The notes below the pieces were generated by a model that saw only the letters and a list, made by a program, of their open reading frames with translations, ran no database searches and was not told where the DNA came from. A DNA stretch of 64,000 bases from Perkinsus olseni (Eukaryota): positions 1-64,000 of the forward strand of contig JABANN010000043.1 in NCBI GenBank assembly GCA_013115125.1, written 5' to 3'. Numbering within the stretch: position 1 is the stretch's first letter; each line of letters begins with the position of its first letter. Below are positions 38,901-53,131 of this stretch, in pieces. A program made the position numbers and the translations under genes.

Positions 38901-41900
38901 AATTTCCGATGGCTCGGAAAATTTCTCGGGTAACCAATCCAAAATCGCAAAATTCTGCCACCAAGCAAGTTCGATTCATCAGTTCTGGTGAGTCCAACCG
39001 TTACATGTGGCATATCCACACAAAAGATGTCCCTGTCCGGGAATCGCCGGACAATATCGTGGACAACTGGTAGATAGGGCAGCAGTCCGAGGCCAATGCC
39101 GTGACAAAACCTGACCAACACGAAACTCTCAATATCATTTCGCTGTGATTGTGCTTCACTGCGCGGACGAATCCGATCGTTTTCAGAAGTCACTATCCGG
39201 GCGCTGGGAACAAGCGACAGTCTCGTCATCATGACAACGTCCTGTCGCAGCCGCACTCGCCAGATTTGAAGATACTGTCTTCCGCTAGGCTCAAGCGATT
39301 TACCAATAGCCTGTCTATTGTGGTTGGACGACACTAACCTCCACACAACTCAAGTGCCCAAATCAGCATATCGTCTCGCCCCTCTATTTCGAACCGTCTA
39401 TAGTTTACTCCATTCAGAATTCCATATCGCAGACTATGATACATACCAATACCACATTTCCACCACTTCCTACACTATCGGCATCTTCCTCTGGTCCGTG
39501 TACTCGTCGAACCTCGGTAGAAGATGCATGTCCCCGCTTCGCCCCATGCCAGGACGGAAATAATACTCCAACGACCCCGCTCGGTATTTACTGCCACAGA
39601 CACACTCTTACCAAATCGATCAACTGGGCGCGCGCTAAACTACCTGAACCCCATGCCGAGACCAGGCCCTGTCATCGCCAGACTGGTGAGCGCCGGTATC
39701 ATCATGTGCGTCATAGCGTAGCAAATCGCGGGACGGTGACTGCAAATTATGTGGAAAACGGAATCTCGCTCGCCAGAAAATTAAACTTACAGACTCGGAA
39801 GAGGGTCCTTGGTGAGTCTGAAAACTTTCACATCCTCATTGATACCATCTGAAAAAAAATAATTTATTCTTCCGGTCGGAGAAGCAAAATATCCAACCAA
39901 GCAAGAATTGGGATAAAGTTGGTATGAATCTCAGCGCATGATTCTTGAAAAAAAATTGACGTCAGAAAAAACCGGAATTACTGAGCTGACAAAAATACGG
40001 TATCGAAAGACTCGTACCAGAGACGTTCGTCATACTAGAATATCAGAGCTACTGCTGAGCACACGGATCGACAAACGCTTCCCTACGCAGTCAGAGACTT
40101 ATCATTCAGGCACTCCTCATGTTCTTCTTCCTTATCAAATATGAGACTCTATGCGGCGTAGAATTTAAAATACCAAAACAAAAGTCAGAGACCACTTCAA
40201 CTCAATCGACAGTGGTAAGGGAGCACTCGATCGAGGACTTAACCGGTCCGGATTTACTAAGGCCGACCGTACCGCCCGCCGCCCGCATCCCCCGTGTTAT
40301 TACCCTCCCATTTTGCCCGGGCCCATTGCTCCATGTAATCCACCATATCCTGACAAGGGCACATGAGGAGGGCTCATCGTCCCCAGGCGCTTCTACCTCC
40401 ATCTCCTCCTCCTCAGATGGGGTGAGCTGATCTACCTGAAAAACGTTTCTGCATGGATTCGAACCTCCGCGAGAGAGTAAACTTAATAAGGGCCCAGGCC
40501 TCATCGTTGCGAACGACCTCTACTGCACAGCGCTCGAGAGCTCTCGCGGCTCACGCGATTAACACCGGATGTCCTTCATTTTAATGAACAATCCTCCCAG
40601 GCACCGGAAAACCTCGAGAATTGCTTTTCAAGCTCCATCTTGTAGGTATCAGTTATCAGGGTATCAGTCAAACGCAAACGCCGGCTTAGTTCGACTGAAT
40701 GCCGGTGTGATAGCGGATTGCCGAGGCAGTCAGCGTCGCGATATTCAGTGATCCGCCCGAATGCTTCTGCCACAACGGGCGAGAAAGAAAATGAGGCCAG
40801 TTTAGAGCACCCCGTACGGCCAGACCGAAGGGAACTGCCCATCCCAGAGTACCTCATAACCTTCAAAAAAGTACTCCGCGATCCATATCCTAACATTGCC
40901 TCTCTTCAGCGCCTCCACCGGGGCTCCATTAAACCAACTGAACAAACAAAAAGACACTTCCAGCGGAGCGACACTCCCACCGAACGATGTAACCCAGAGG
41001 AACACGACAGCCCGAACTGTCTTCACTTTTCACAAAATGCTAAACCACAAGCCCTGTGATGATGCAGACACACAATCCGTGTCTCCCAGCGCTAGCACCA
41101 ACTGTCCTCGAGTGGAGGGTCTTATCAGATTCGCTATTGTCCCACAGTAGTGGTGATTACAATTCCAGAGCTACCTCCCTCCAGTACTACCTAGAAATCT
41201 CGGCTCTCTGCAAGGCCCGGACCCTAACCGCTCTTGCTTCACTCGATTCTGAAGAAAAGGGAAAATCATAAAAGCAGGAAAAAAAGAAAGAAATCCTTTT
41301 TCTAAAGGAAAACAAGAAAAAATCCGTCCCTAGAGGTTGGCAAATTTACAACGACAAGTTGACTCCTGAGACGGTTGCCCCGAAAGTTCTCCACATTCCC
41401 ACGCAGCCAGAGAATGTCGCGCGCCACGAAATTCAAAACACCGAGATCGAGCCTGAACCATGTATCAGTAATTTTTTACAACACGCAGCCATAAAAGCTA
41501 CTAGAGCACGCCTTCGCCCTCCTCTCTGTTTCCGCGTGCCAGCAGAGCTCCACTAGCTGCATGAAGCGACGAAGATTATCCGGTGGCTGGCGAGACACCC
41601 GGGGGGAACATGGAGGTGTTCCTCGCTGACGATGAGAACAACCCTTTCCGGATTTCGTAATTGCCACTCGTCAAGTATGTAAGTTACAGCATGCGGCGGA
41701 GTGTGCCAAATTACAGGTATCAATTTCCATACCAAAAATTACGCAACTCTTCCATGTTCCCTCCCCCTTTACCCGTATTATCGGCCGCATCCTCAAGGCC
41801 GCTATCAGAAAGCGTAGAAATCCAACTCTGCACGCGTACCATCAGAGAGGCGGAACTCCTCCGACCAGAGGGTGGAGGCGAAACTGAGGAATTGCAAGAC

Positions 41901-44706
41901 TGCAAGATCTCAAAATGTGAGCTCACGTACCATCGGAGGTCGTCGGTAATCCAAGTAACCTGCCGTACTTCCTCTTCTTCGTCTTGTTGCTTTCCCACAA
42001 ACGCACGAGATTCTCGCTTGAAGTGAACCGCGAGCCACAACGTCGCGCGCCTGAAAATTATGTAAAAATAATATACCCATCCTCATCCAGTAGAGGACGG
42101 ATGTCCAAAATGACCGGACCAGGAATCGACCCCCCGCCCTCTCGGAGGACAGACCGGAAGCTTTCCATCCGACTACCTTCGTTTAATAGATTTTGAGCGC
42201 TTCTATTGAGCCCGTGCACTCCTCGGTCCTCGATACAATCCACCGAGTGTAGCATCTGAAATAATAAACCCTCTAGCGGAGCGAAGCACACTCTCGTAAT
42301 TTTCCACAGTAATAATCATCTTGTCTGATAGCAAGCAACACGGCAGCTTCTCGACAGAGCTACTCAAAATAGATTTATTAAAAAATGTTTTCTGGGGGAT
42401 TTTCTATCACTAACTTCCATATTATGATTGCTATCTTTTTAACAAAGATATCTTAGTATCATTACTACTATCCGTTACAATATCATAAAATACAAATATT
42501 AAGGACCCTTCCATCGATCAAAATTTTTTTGTCCAACCCTCAAACTCCGCCGACGTGAGAATTAAAGAGTGTGTCGCGAAGATCTCCCTGAGGCGAGCAG
42601 CCCCACCTCTCGTGTAGCCTCATCGTCGCACGCATCAACATGATCAGAATTTACCGCTGCGTGTATCTAAAAAAGTATCTTTCATATGGTCGACCTTCCC
42701 GTCGAGAGCATGAGTGCAGCAAAGATACGCCGCAAGAGTTCCTCGCAGTAACTCCAGCGCAGACAGCATCGTATAAGTAGTAGTAACCAAATGAGCCAAC
42801 TCAGGTGAATCGAACTTCGCAGGAGACTGGGACCTACTCCCCTCCACCAACCTACATGTATCTGTCTCAACCCCCTCAAGGAGCGCTTCAACTTCGCCAT
42901 CCTCTTCTCCCGAGTGATATCCAAATCCCGTGGAACCAAATGGACCTTCCAAAAATCGTCAACAACACCGACGGCTGCGGAAGACCTCCAGGCGGTTCAG
43001 CAACTCCCCAGACTTGAAACCCGAAAGCAGACGCCCAATGCTGTCGTTTGTTTATTACTCGCTCACTGCGAAAAGAATCGTCAATCGTAAATTCATCGTT
43101 TACCACCGTCCAGTCAACGTGATAAAACTTCGACCCCAGATCACTCTCGAATTTTTCCGCCACGTCTCTTCACTCTGTGAGCTCACCTCTCCCAAAACGG
43201 GTGCCAGATCGATGCAAAATAGTGCGAAAAACTCCGGCAGGAACATTTTCACATGGCATGCACGGCGATTCAGAATTTATATTTTTTTGGGTCTATCTGG
43301 ATCGTTGCTTACGAGGAGACGGCGAGACGCTTTTTCGTGCATTTCGTGCAATTTTTTTAGGCGCACCTCGCTGTTTGTTTGGTTTTTCGGCACGTAAACT
43401 TTACGACCCACCCATCCCTCCCCAGTCCTACATTAACTCTGTTAAGCTTCCAGTACTTCCAAAGGTAGGCGAAATAAAAATAAATCTCAAACGTTACATA
43501 TGCTCGTAACGCATGCCGCCCGATCAATCCTAAAATAATAATATTTTCCGCGCTAAATTTTTCTGGAAATCTCGAGGGTTCATTTTCGCGAGTGTTGCCG
43601 TAAATCTTTATCAGCAGGAACTCCCCTCCACCGACTCTCGCATGCCAAACCGCTGATCCGGAAAATTTTTTCCAAATTTTTTCCTCAGAAATTCTATTCT
43701 CTTTTCAGTTCCCGCTTTCTGACGGCCTGGACACTCACCCTCGACTATTGAACGATCCAGCTGAGATAAAACCGAACTAGATCGTTCGATCGATCCACAA
43801 CGAGTGGATTCCATGCGGGCGTTTCAATCTGAGTGAATATGCCCTTCAAAAATTGCAAAAAAATTCCTCGATTTTTATAAAAAAAATTTTCCCATGCATT
43901 TCTCCCCAGCCCGTCGCCACGCTTACGAAGAGCATCTGCTGTTCCTCGTATGCTGCCTGACTCGACCTTCAGCTTCCATCTGAAATCCAAATCGATCAAA
44001 ACTTCGCTCCGCCGATTTTCCAAGTCCACTTAGCGACAGTGTACACCACCACCACAGGCAGGACCATCCGCACCGGCATCACCAGCAGCCACTTCGTGAG
44101 CAGGCCTTGGAACGACCGATCCCGTAGGGCTGGACAAAATGGGCACCCAGCTTGCATACCAACTTTTCCGCAACGAATCCTACTTTGGCCAAATCTTCGC
44201 GTCAAGAGAACTCCTAGAGCCAGAATCACCGCAGACTTGAATTCTCTCCCTAAGCCGACCATCCAAATCGATCACAATGGCGCACGCTTTTCTCATCTCG
44301 GTTACCTCTCAATATCGCCTGCATCGTCGAAAAAACTGAAAATCGGAGAGCTCAACTGCCACAAAAAAATCCGCAGAAGCCAATCGAACACAACACGAAG
44401 GGAACGGCAGGGGAGAAAAATCGCCATGTAAGAAATACACGCCGATCGAGTTGTTGAAAAGGTCCCCGGTTCGATCCCCGGCATGGTCATTTTTCCTTCA
44501 TAAGGTCGGTGATTTGCCTCAAGACCCTCCTTCTCCAGTGACCATTATTGAGGGCTTCGCCGTGGATGCCCTCATCGTTCCAATCAACCGTCAAGGGTTG
44601 GAACAAACTCTCACGCCCGCTCATCCTGAAACACTCTCAATTTCGTGGCGCGCGAGAAAACTACAAAAGCCGCTACTCCACCAGTGGGATTAATCATAAT
44701 CGCCAT
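36000..44706 (-). CDS. Multi-exon alpha/beta-hydrolase fold protein, paralog A; limits approximate, 3' end uncertain
   Basis: FCHGIGLGLLPY; IGHSFG nucleophile elbow (about 38590); RELYTVHTFCRNFFWEE; IWPEDLRDVPTHITLCGNDFI; RGNVRIWIAEYFFE. Confidence 0.7.
37070..37565 (+). repeat. Degenerate tandem repeat, about 200-bp unit, just over 2 copies
   Basis: atcagaa..atctgaactctga.accaaa at 37159 and 37351; ttgaaaaaaa..ttacg at 37291 and 37481; gccttcggaac.cacgg.catt.atcagaa at 37328 and 37534. Confidence 0.75.
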
Positions 44707-44911
44707 GATGACGGTAAGAAGACGACACAGTAGCAATGATCAAGCGCCGGCGACCTTAGCTGCCTCAAAGCTCACTACTGCAGCCTGAGGACTTCGAGAA
44801 AGCCTCGCTTCTCCTCTGTTGAGCTGGGAAGGCGCAATTTAACTTTTTCGTCCTTTTTTGCAGTGTCATAAAAGTTATGCGAAAATGTGATTCATCTAGC
44901 ACACAGGCTGG

Positions 44912-47900
44912 TTAATCGAAGTTGAACATATCCCAGAATTGCCACGAACGAAGTGAGCGATCAATCGCTGATAGTCGTTGGAAAAATGAGTCCGACCTTG
45001 ACTTCAAAGGTTGCTGTTGCCGACGGAATTTGTTCAGCTGCCCATCTCGAGCTATCTCAAGCCGTGCCGCCCTGAGAGTCAACTTGACCTATTTTGCATC
45101 TTCCACGGGTCAACCTAAGATACCTACGCTTCAGCTTCCAACAACCTCCGTACTGAGTGCGCTGGTATAATGAAGTCTCTGCCGCACAACGAGACGTGTG
45201 TCGGGACTCCCCGCAGTTCCTCCGGCCAGACGTTATTCTGATAGAAAAACCGTAAAAACAATCAGCCGGTATGACAATGACCTGCTCCCAAAAGAGATTC
45301 CTCGTCAAAGTATGGGCCGTGTACAGCTCTCTGAAGACCAAGTAGGTGGCCAGTATTCCAACGGGGTCTTCGTGGGCCTGGGTGGGAAGAGGTCCCAGGT
45401 TCGAATCTCCCCAAGAGCATTTTTATCGTCACTTTTCTCTGCGTGTTCAACAGCAAGTCGTTCTTAACCAGCAAAAAACAAACTGGATCCACCAAGCTCA
45501 AGGAAGCAATCCTCGAGGGCTCATGAGCCTAAGATAAATCTTGCCATCTTGCTCAATCTTACACTTCCTCAACGGCATTACTACCAGCATCCACCGCACC
45601 ACGAAGGTTCCGAAACTATGACCGATCTGACACATGAAATGCCTCTCCCCCGAATCGAACCCGCGCGGGCCAGCCGTCCCTACCATGTGGGCCTGAGAGT
45701 ATCCCCACGCCGTCAACATGTCCGCCACAACCACAGACATCTCCCGAGCAGAGGGGAGGTTGGGGTAGGGTCTCATAGCAACCTTCGAGAGCAGAGATCA
45801 CCACACATCGACGAAATGCGTTCCGCCCGGGTACGGAACTAGTCCAGAAATCCGTCAACGAAATAGAACTGTCGTAATTCCCCGGAACTTTTCCCCAAAA
45901 AAAACGCAAATATCGCGAGAAGACGAGGAGCTCACGTGAGGGACTTCGATGCAGAAGATGTCACGATCCGGGAAGGCCCGTCTAATATCCCTGACGAAGG
46001 GAATGTAGGGTAGCAGGCCCACACCTAGACCATGGCAGAATCTGAGAGGAGAAAGATATTCGCATCAAACTCACGGAGTAATTTTTTTTCGATATCGACC
46101 TGGAAAGACCTCTTAGTGGGCGATGATCATCCTAAGTCACTATCGCGTGCCCCCTTCCAGCGGTACTTGGGAATTATCGCATCCTTCGAGGACGACATGG
46201 CCGGGGTTATACAAATATTTAAATACACAAAAGGCTGTAGATAGTAAAAAGATACTTACAATCGATCAGCCGTTTCGAGTGTAAAACTCACATACGATAA
46301 CTACTGTGGCAGTGGGTGTTGGAAATGACCCATGTACATACAGTAATGGCGAAAGGACGACAAAGTTACTTATCGAAAATGCACGATTCTTGCATCACAC
46401 AGAAGTGCGGCGACCCGAAAAGGAAAAAGAATCCACCAGCAATCTCACACTATCGGTTGCAGCGTAGGGTTCTCGCCCTCAGGAGCCCGGGAATACCAAT
46501 ACTCCATCGTCCCTGACCGGTACTTCCTACCACACCAAAGAGAACTCGTAGACTGCTAAGGGCTGCAGCCTGGCTTACGTAAATCCGACCACCTTGTCGA
46601 GGACGATGTCGGTGATGATTGGTAAGACGAAATGTGTCACTCCATAGCAGATGAACGGACGGTATCTAGAAGGGAGAACTATTATTAAAAGATACTCTAG
46701 TGCCATTATCCATGTTCAGCCAGCTTCGACCTAAGATACGCCTTACGCTGCCGGGATCGGGTCATTCATGATCCGCATACACTTCACATCTTCATTAGTA
46801 CCGTCTGAAAATCACCCGACCAATGCGGATGCCTTTTGTGTAGGACAATCGATCATTCGGGCGCGCGCTAAATACTACAAACAGATCACTTCAAGCAGCC
46901 GGAGGGACGTTCTACTGTATGTAACTCATTCGCGGCGCGCTATTCCCCTCTGATTTCCATAATGACATCCAGCGACCAGGGCTAGAGAACATGACAGATG
47001 TCTTGTCCCCCACTCCTACCTCTCAGGTCCCCAGATATGTGGGCCCATTCTGCCAGGTAGTCCACCAAGACCTGACAACAGCCTAGCACCAACACGTCAT
47101 CACCATCACACATACTCTCAGCTCTTGCTTCTCCGCTATCGACAGTTCATTCGCCTGAAGGAAGTGCAGGGTGGCAAGAGAGAAGGAGACTAATGACGAT
47201 CATTGTCTCAACATTTGACGGACGAATCAAGATAGTCAAGATCTGTTCCCCCAACAAAACCTGCACGGACAGGACCGTATTACTCTAAACAGCGGTAGCG
47301 GCAGGGGACGACAGCATAGGGGTGAATCATCTCGTTACGGGAATCGGGGTTTCTTCGGAATTTTCATCATGGCACGAAGCGGTTTGATCGAATTGAACAT
47401 GCTTACTGTTCGGTTGAACCCCATTTTATGGTTGAAGTATGATTCATGACGAACCCCTATCACACCCAGACAACACGTCAAAAAAGGTTAACTTTCACAC
47501 ACAGTGAAGAGATATGACTACTAAAGATGAAAAGGACTCCTGATGTACTCTGCGCTTTCAACCGTGATGCATTTAGTGCAGTTTCCTGCGAGATGTACCA
47601 CACGAAATTCATGGTGCTATACGACGTCTCCATCATTTCGCGAGGATCCCATTCAAAAGAGGACTTCCCCCTCGCCGTCCAGCTCACCTGCCTGTACTCA
47701 AAGAAGTACTCAGCTACCCATTCCTCCAGATTCCCCCGCTGCAAACTGACCACTGGCGCGCCAAAGTACCAACTAAAACGATACTCCTGCCGTCTTCCCG
47801 CCCTTCCCGTCTACGACCTGGATATCTCAGCCCGGAGCAAGGCTCTGACTCTCACAGCCCACATGTCATCATCCACAGTACTACCTTCTGTGGCAAATAA

Positions 47901-48260
47901 ACCGGAACCTAGAACGAGGCACAGCGTAGTGGCTGAGAAATAGGGCAATCAGCAAGAAGAGCAAATTCTCATCACAACGCAGAGATCAGTTTCCAGTTTG
48001 GTAGTATGACCAATGCCTCCACAATAGGCTCATACTCATCCACTGTACCCATACCACTGCAAACTGCACTCGTAGTTGTACGCACATAAGCATACTTCTT
48101 AGTTGGACAATAAAGGGCAGTTCTATGAGATTCAATGATCCAAGCCATGAGGGAGGCGAGAGAGCGGAGACTCGTCGACACCAGTTCACGTATGCTGCTG
48201 AACGTAAGAGCGATGAAGCCAGTGATATACAGGGCTCCAAGTATTTCCAAAAAGAGCGAC
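44912..48260 (-). CDS. Multi-exon alpha/beta-hydrolase fold protein, paralog B; 5' limit uncertain
   Basis: FCHGLGVGLLPY; IGHSFG; DPVCFLL; RELYTAHTLTRNLFWEQ; WPEELRGVPTHVSLCGRDFIIPAHS; RGNLEEWVAEYFFE; collinear with paralog A. Confidence 0.72.
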
Positions 48261-51200
48261 ATCTCAATAGTACAAATAAGAATGAAAAGCTCATCTTCTC
48301 TAATAACATTACAAGAGAACTGCAACATTCTCAAAAGAGCACTGTAGTTCGCAACAAGTTTCTGCTGGAACTTCGCACGCATGCACATGCCCTATTACTC
48401 GGCTGTCGTAATATACCAACTCCCGTGTAATGCGTCAGCTCCCACTCTCGGACCAACTGTTCGCATGTGAAGTCTGTCTTAGAGCCCACACTGCCTAGCC
48501 GACCCCGTCTCCTACTGGAAGGACTCCAGTTACCTGAGCACGAGAATCTCTTGAAGAGAATCTTGCCCGAGTGCATTGACAGGAGACTTTCCGCCGAAAA
48601 GATATATAACAGATGCCACAATGTTCACAAACCCTGCTCATTCTACATCGCGATGTGAGCGAAATCCCTATCGGATGAAACTGGCGAGAGTACGGCTCCA
48701 GCGAGCAACCGAATTGAATCAGCTTGAAACGGCTGATACCGGTTTTGTGAACCATTCTCTGACAACTCTCCGTTATCTTCTCTCTAGCTTTCCTGGGACC
48801 GCTGCATGACGCTCTGTAACAATCCGGTTGGTGCAACTCCAATGCGAACATCCAAGAAACCATTCACATGGCTTCAGGCCAAGAGTGTCGCACCTGCGTG
48901 ACCTGAGTTGTAGACGCGCTCCATGTAGTCGACATCGCCCCATGCAGCAGCACAGGGACTCGACACCGCTCTCGTTGTAGGTCTTCAGTGACACACGACC
49001 AACCACATAGAGACCAACCTCCATTCCAGTACTGATGTCTTGTGGTACACGACACTCCCAACATAGGCTATGCCGAGACTATGTTATATAGCTGGGAGTC
49101 CCAGCTAGTCCCAGTTAGTCCCAGCCTGGGACTAACCATACTCGGCCGTAAATCTTCGTAGTCCACTTGTGTTGAAGTCGAAGCCACCCGTTGGAATTTC
49201 CTGCTTGAAAAAACGCCGAGCTCATCTTCACGATACAATGTCTAACATGAAACGAGCCTCCTCAACACTGAGACCGAGGATATCAGAGCACATCCGCACA
49301 ACGGCGTGAGCCCATGGGAAAATGCACGCCTCAGCTCTCTCAGTAAGAGGCTCATTTGCGTGAACATCGGCAAGTCACACACTCGTCCCAGCTCATTGCC
49401 TCCATCGTGCGGAGTCTACATGACTCTTGCCAGGTCGCCATGCCTACTCAGAACGACTGTTCGACAATGACAACAGCTGACCGGACCATCAGTGGAACAG
49501 TGAACCTGCTAGCTGGCTCGGTTGGTCCAGCAGGTCTCTGATATGATGTATGTCCTCGATTACGGACTCTTCATAGACGAAACAAAAACAATACGGCGCA
49601 TTATGACGGAAACAACATCGCTGGGAAACTAACAACAGCGATGATTCACCTGAGCCCACGACTTTGTGAAAGTCAGTGAATCCTAGGATTCCGAATTGGG
49701 CTCGCTCACGCCGACTAACAAATCTACACTCAGCATCATCTAAAGCTTTCACTAATACCAGCTCGGGCCGCCGAGTCGGGCGGTCGGGAAACACCGAAAG
49801 CCCCCTATATTACACACGTCCAACAACGACTGAGCCTCCTTGTTTAGGTTCGGATGGGAATTCTTAGACCCGATGAGCTGCTGCGACTGGGACGTACACT
49901 GAGGAAAATCGCGGAAGTCCGCAATGGCGTGTGGGACAGTGCTTATACTGCATTTATCAGCCTTACTGAGACATTCCATATGATTCGCTCACTGGCGTTG
50001 GACTATTTTCTCAAGCATTATTGGAATATGGTGCGGCATTGAGAGAAACACAGCGATGCCGTACTCATTATTAGACTAATATACTCCAGCGCAAACTCTG
50101 ACTCTGATGACGGCTGCGCGACACAATGATACTACCCTCTCCAGCATAGGCTCGGATGCGCTATGGCTTGGATTCACTGCCGTGTGGACCTGAGAATACA
50201 CACGCGACCGTACACGGCGACCGTGAAGAATATGATACCACGCAGATGACGAGGTTGGAAGATTCCAACGACCATAACGGATTTTCTTACATGTATCTCA
50301 TGCAAACCGCGAAGGCACCGTTTGAGCCTTTCCATTCTAGTAGGACATCGTGATGGTCCTTCACATAGAGGCGGGAGGTGCGCCTGAAGGCGCTACGGCC
50401 ATACCACTCCTTTCATAACTCCCTGCAACCACCTTTCGATTGAGCTGCCTGTACTTCCACAAATAAATGAAATAAAAATATATTTCCAATGTCAGCCAAA
50501 ACCGCAAAAAGTGTCGGCCATAAACACCTACATCCAAAGCGAGCGCTGGGGATCGATTGCAAGCCTCGAATCGTCTCAACGTGGGAGCCCTCACAATTTC
50601 AGAGCACAAAAGCCTTCGGTACCTGGCTACGAAGGAAATGTTTATGCTGACGTTGCAGAATTGCAATAGTGCTCGTGAAACCGACGGGAAACTGACGACC
50701 TATGGATGCTGCTTTGCGGCTTGAGCCTCCAAAAACGTGTTCATGATGTCCCCATGAACAGTTCATTCAACGGAAGGGTCGAGAAAACACAAAAGATCGG
50801 AGTTCGACCCACACCAGCGCTCCAACTTGTTGCAAAGCATAATGGAATTATCCGCCGATGCCCACGCTACTACCACTATTTCGACCACTATGATTACGGT
50901 TGTAGTACCACCAGTAAAACCGCAACCGATTCCCCGATTACGTGCTAGCTGTCCTATCGTCTGGACATTCCCGTCTCTTATCTTGGCACGCCACCTGAGA
51001 AAGGTGATCAACTCCCGCTCCAATGCCGTGCACATACCAGTTGAATAAGCGATATCCAACTCAGAATGGCCAAACTTAATTACGGCGATCGGCGCACTAG
51101 AACGAGAAGTGTTGATTGCTTGAGAATCTCGACCCCAAATTTTATCCAATTCTATTTTTCGTTTTTTCTCTTCGTTCGTTTTCATCATCCAACTTTAATG

Positions 51201-53131
51201 ACCATCAGTTCCGGAAATTACGGTACTACTCCCTTATCTCCCACAACCATTACCGTATAATTTTCAGTATCCAAACTGCCGGCAGTACAGCTCTCAATGG
51301 CGCCACTATCAGCCAACGAGAAGCGAATCTTCGACCTCTCTCTGTTCCTGAGGTGAATGAAAACTCTTTCTATCGTGAATCCAGAGTACGCAGTTGAAGA
51401 CGCCTCAAAAGTTTCATCAGCCCTCCGTGACTTCCAAACAGCCGAAAAAGGGTTTTTGACAACCTAAGGGATCCCTCTAATTTTCTACGTTAATCGTATT
51501 CTGCGATTCGCCCTCGATCGGCGACAAAATAGCTACTCTGTGTCGGGTAACGAGATTGCACTGCATTCGCGAAAGGAGGTTGCTCATGTCAATAGCCAAC
51601 AATAATATGACATCATTGATATGCGACCCTCCACAAATCTTCACACTGTGATCCGAAATTAACTATCGCCTGGTGCACACCTCGATCGATCCCTTATACG
51701 GAAAGATTTCCAAAGATACTACGCAGCATAGCCGGCCACAGTGCAGCTCCTACCAGCTAAAGCCGCCGCTGCTGCCACGCCAAGCGCCACTCGACCGATC
51801 GAAGACGACAGAGCTCGCGTGGAGCGATCTGAGAAAAAGACTGAACTCTTAGACCGCCAGATGACGCTTCGATACTCCGAAGCAGTGGATTCGCAAATCC
51901 CCAGGGAGGTGCTCGATAGTAACATACAATCTCATATCTGGGAGTCGAAAACGGTTCTAATGCGCGTGAAAGCTTTTACGGCAGAGGCTCTACCACGCCA
52001 CAGATGCCTTGTTTCAGAGTCACTTATCGAAAACCCTCGTCACTTTTGCCGCTCTCAGATACTGTTCAGGAGTCTCGCGATGAAACTACAGGCTGTGTTA
52101 AACCGCTGTGCTTCGAATCCCCGTCGTTTAAAGAATTATGTCCACTACTAATCAACGGGTGAGATTTGGTATGAGACATGGCCGCTAGAATATATCTACT
52201 TGAGTGACTTTTTTTCAAAAAAAAATGTTGAATATCATAAAACACGATAATCACTAAATTGCAATCGTAGTGGGCTTCGACAAGATACCACTACCTGAGC
52301 TACTATAAACAGCAATTCCCGGTATTTTAACCCATCCAGTAGTACCGAGGCTCCTCTGTAACAGTAGTCGCAGCAGCTCCGTTGAAGGGGATGTGATCGC
52401 GATGAAAAAAATATATAAAACTACGATGACGTTGCCATCCAGCGTCAACGATTGAGAGATAGTCCTCCTCGGGTTGGGCTACATCGCCGGTTGCACAAGG
52501 CCTGTCGTAGGGCCTTTAATTGGGCATGGGGTCACTCAACTCGACGCAGACTGCAAGTCATAAATGACCATGACACGAGATGTATCTTTAGGTTGATTCT
52601 GGAACATTATAGAATATAAGATTCCTTCTTGAGAAGCGTCAGAAGGCACTGGACTGTGAGAGTAAGTTTATACAGCGCAACCGTGCTGAGCCATTCCTCG
52701 AATCATCTTAGCCTCCTAACTCATGCACGTGTCTCGGCATTTTACTCTCAATAAATTAGTCTTTCGGAAAGGCTTTCTCCGAGAACAGCTTCTTGTATTC
52801 ACAGCGGGACAGCTTGTACCATAGTGCCAAATTACTTAGCCCGTCTCTACACGGCCCTGGCTCCTGATTAACCAACTGCGCTGAACCAGCGCAGACCACC
52901 GCCTCTGATTACAAATCGATCAGAATGGCGTGCGCCACGTGCGTACGCGAGCGCAAGATCCTCCAGCATTCGTGTGACGCGTGCATTTCCCTTCCTCTCC
53001 CAACGCCTGCACTGCAATGCGCTGTACATCCATTACTTTCAGTTTCCCATGCCTGCTCGCAAGGGCTCGTGTTGACGAGGCGACGCCGTAGAGTCGTGAT
53101 GCCTGCCAGGGTTCAATACCGTCCATCTGCC

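Noticed and set aside
50790-52125. Weak B-box-like words at 50800 and 52110 (also 1799, 6700, 23630)
   Set aside because: Imperfect, without tRNA-like spacing or terminator; compatible with chance
48400-52500. Several exon-like open blocks on the minus strand
   Set aside because: No recognisable domain or reliable splice chain; cannot support a gene call
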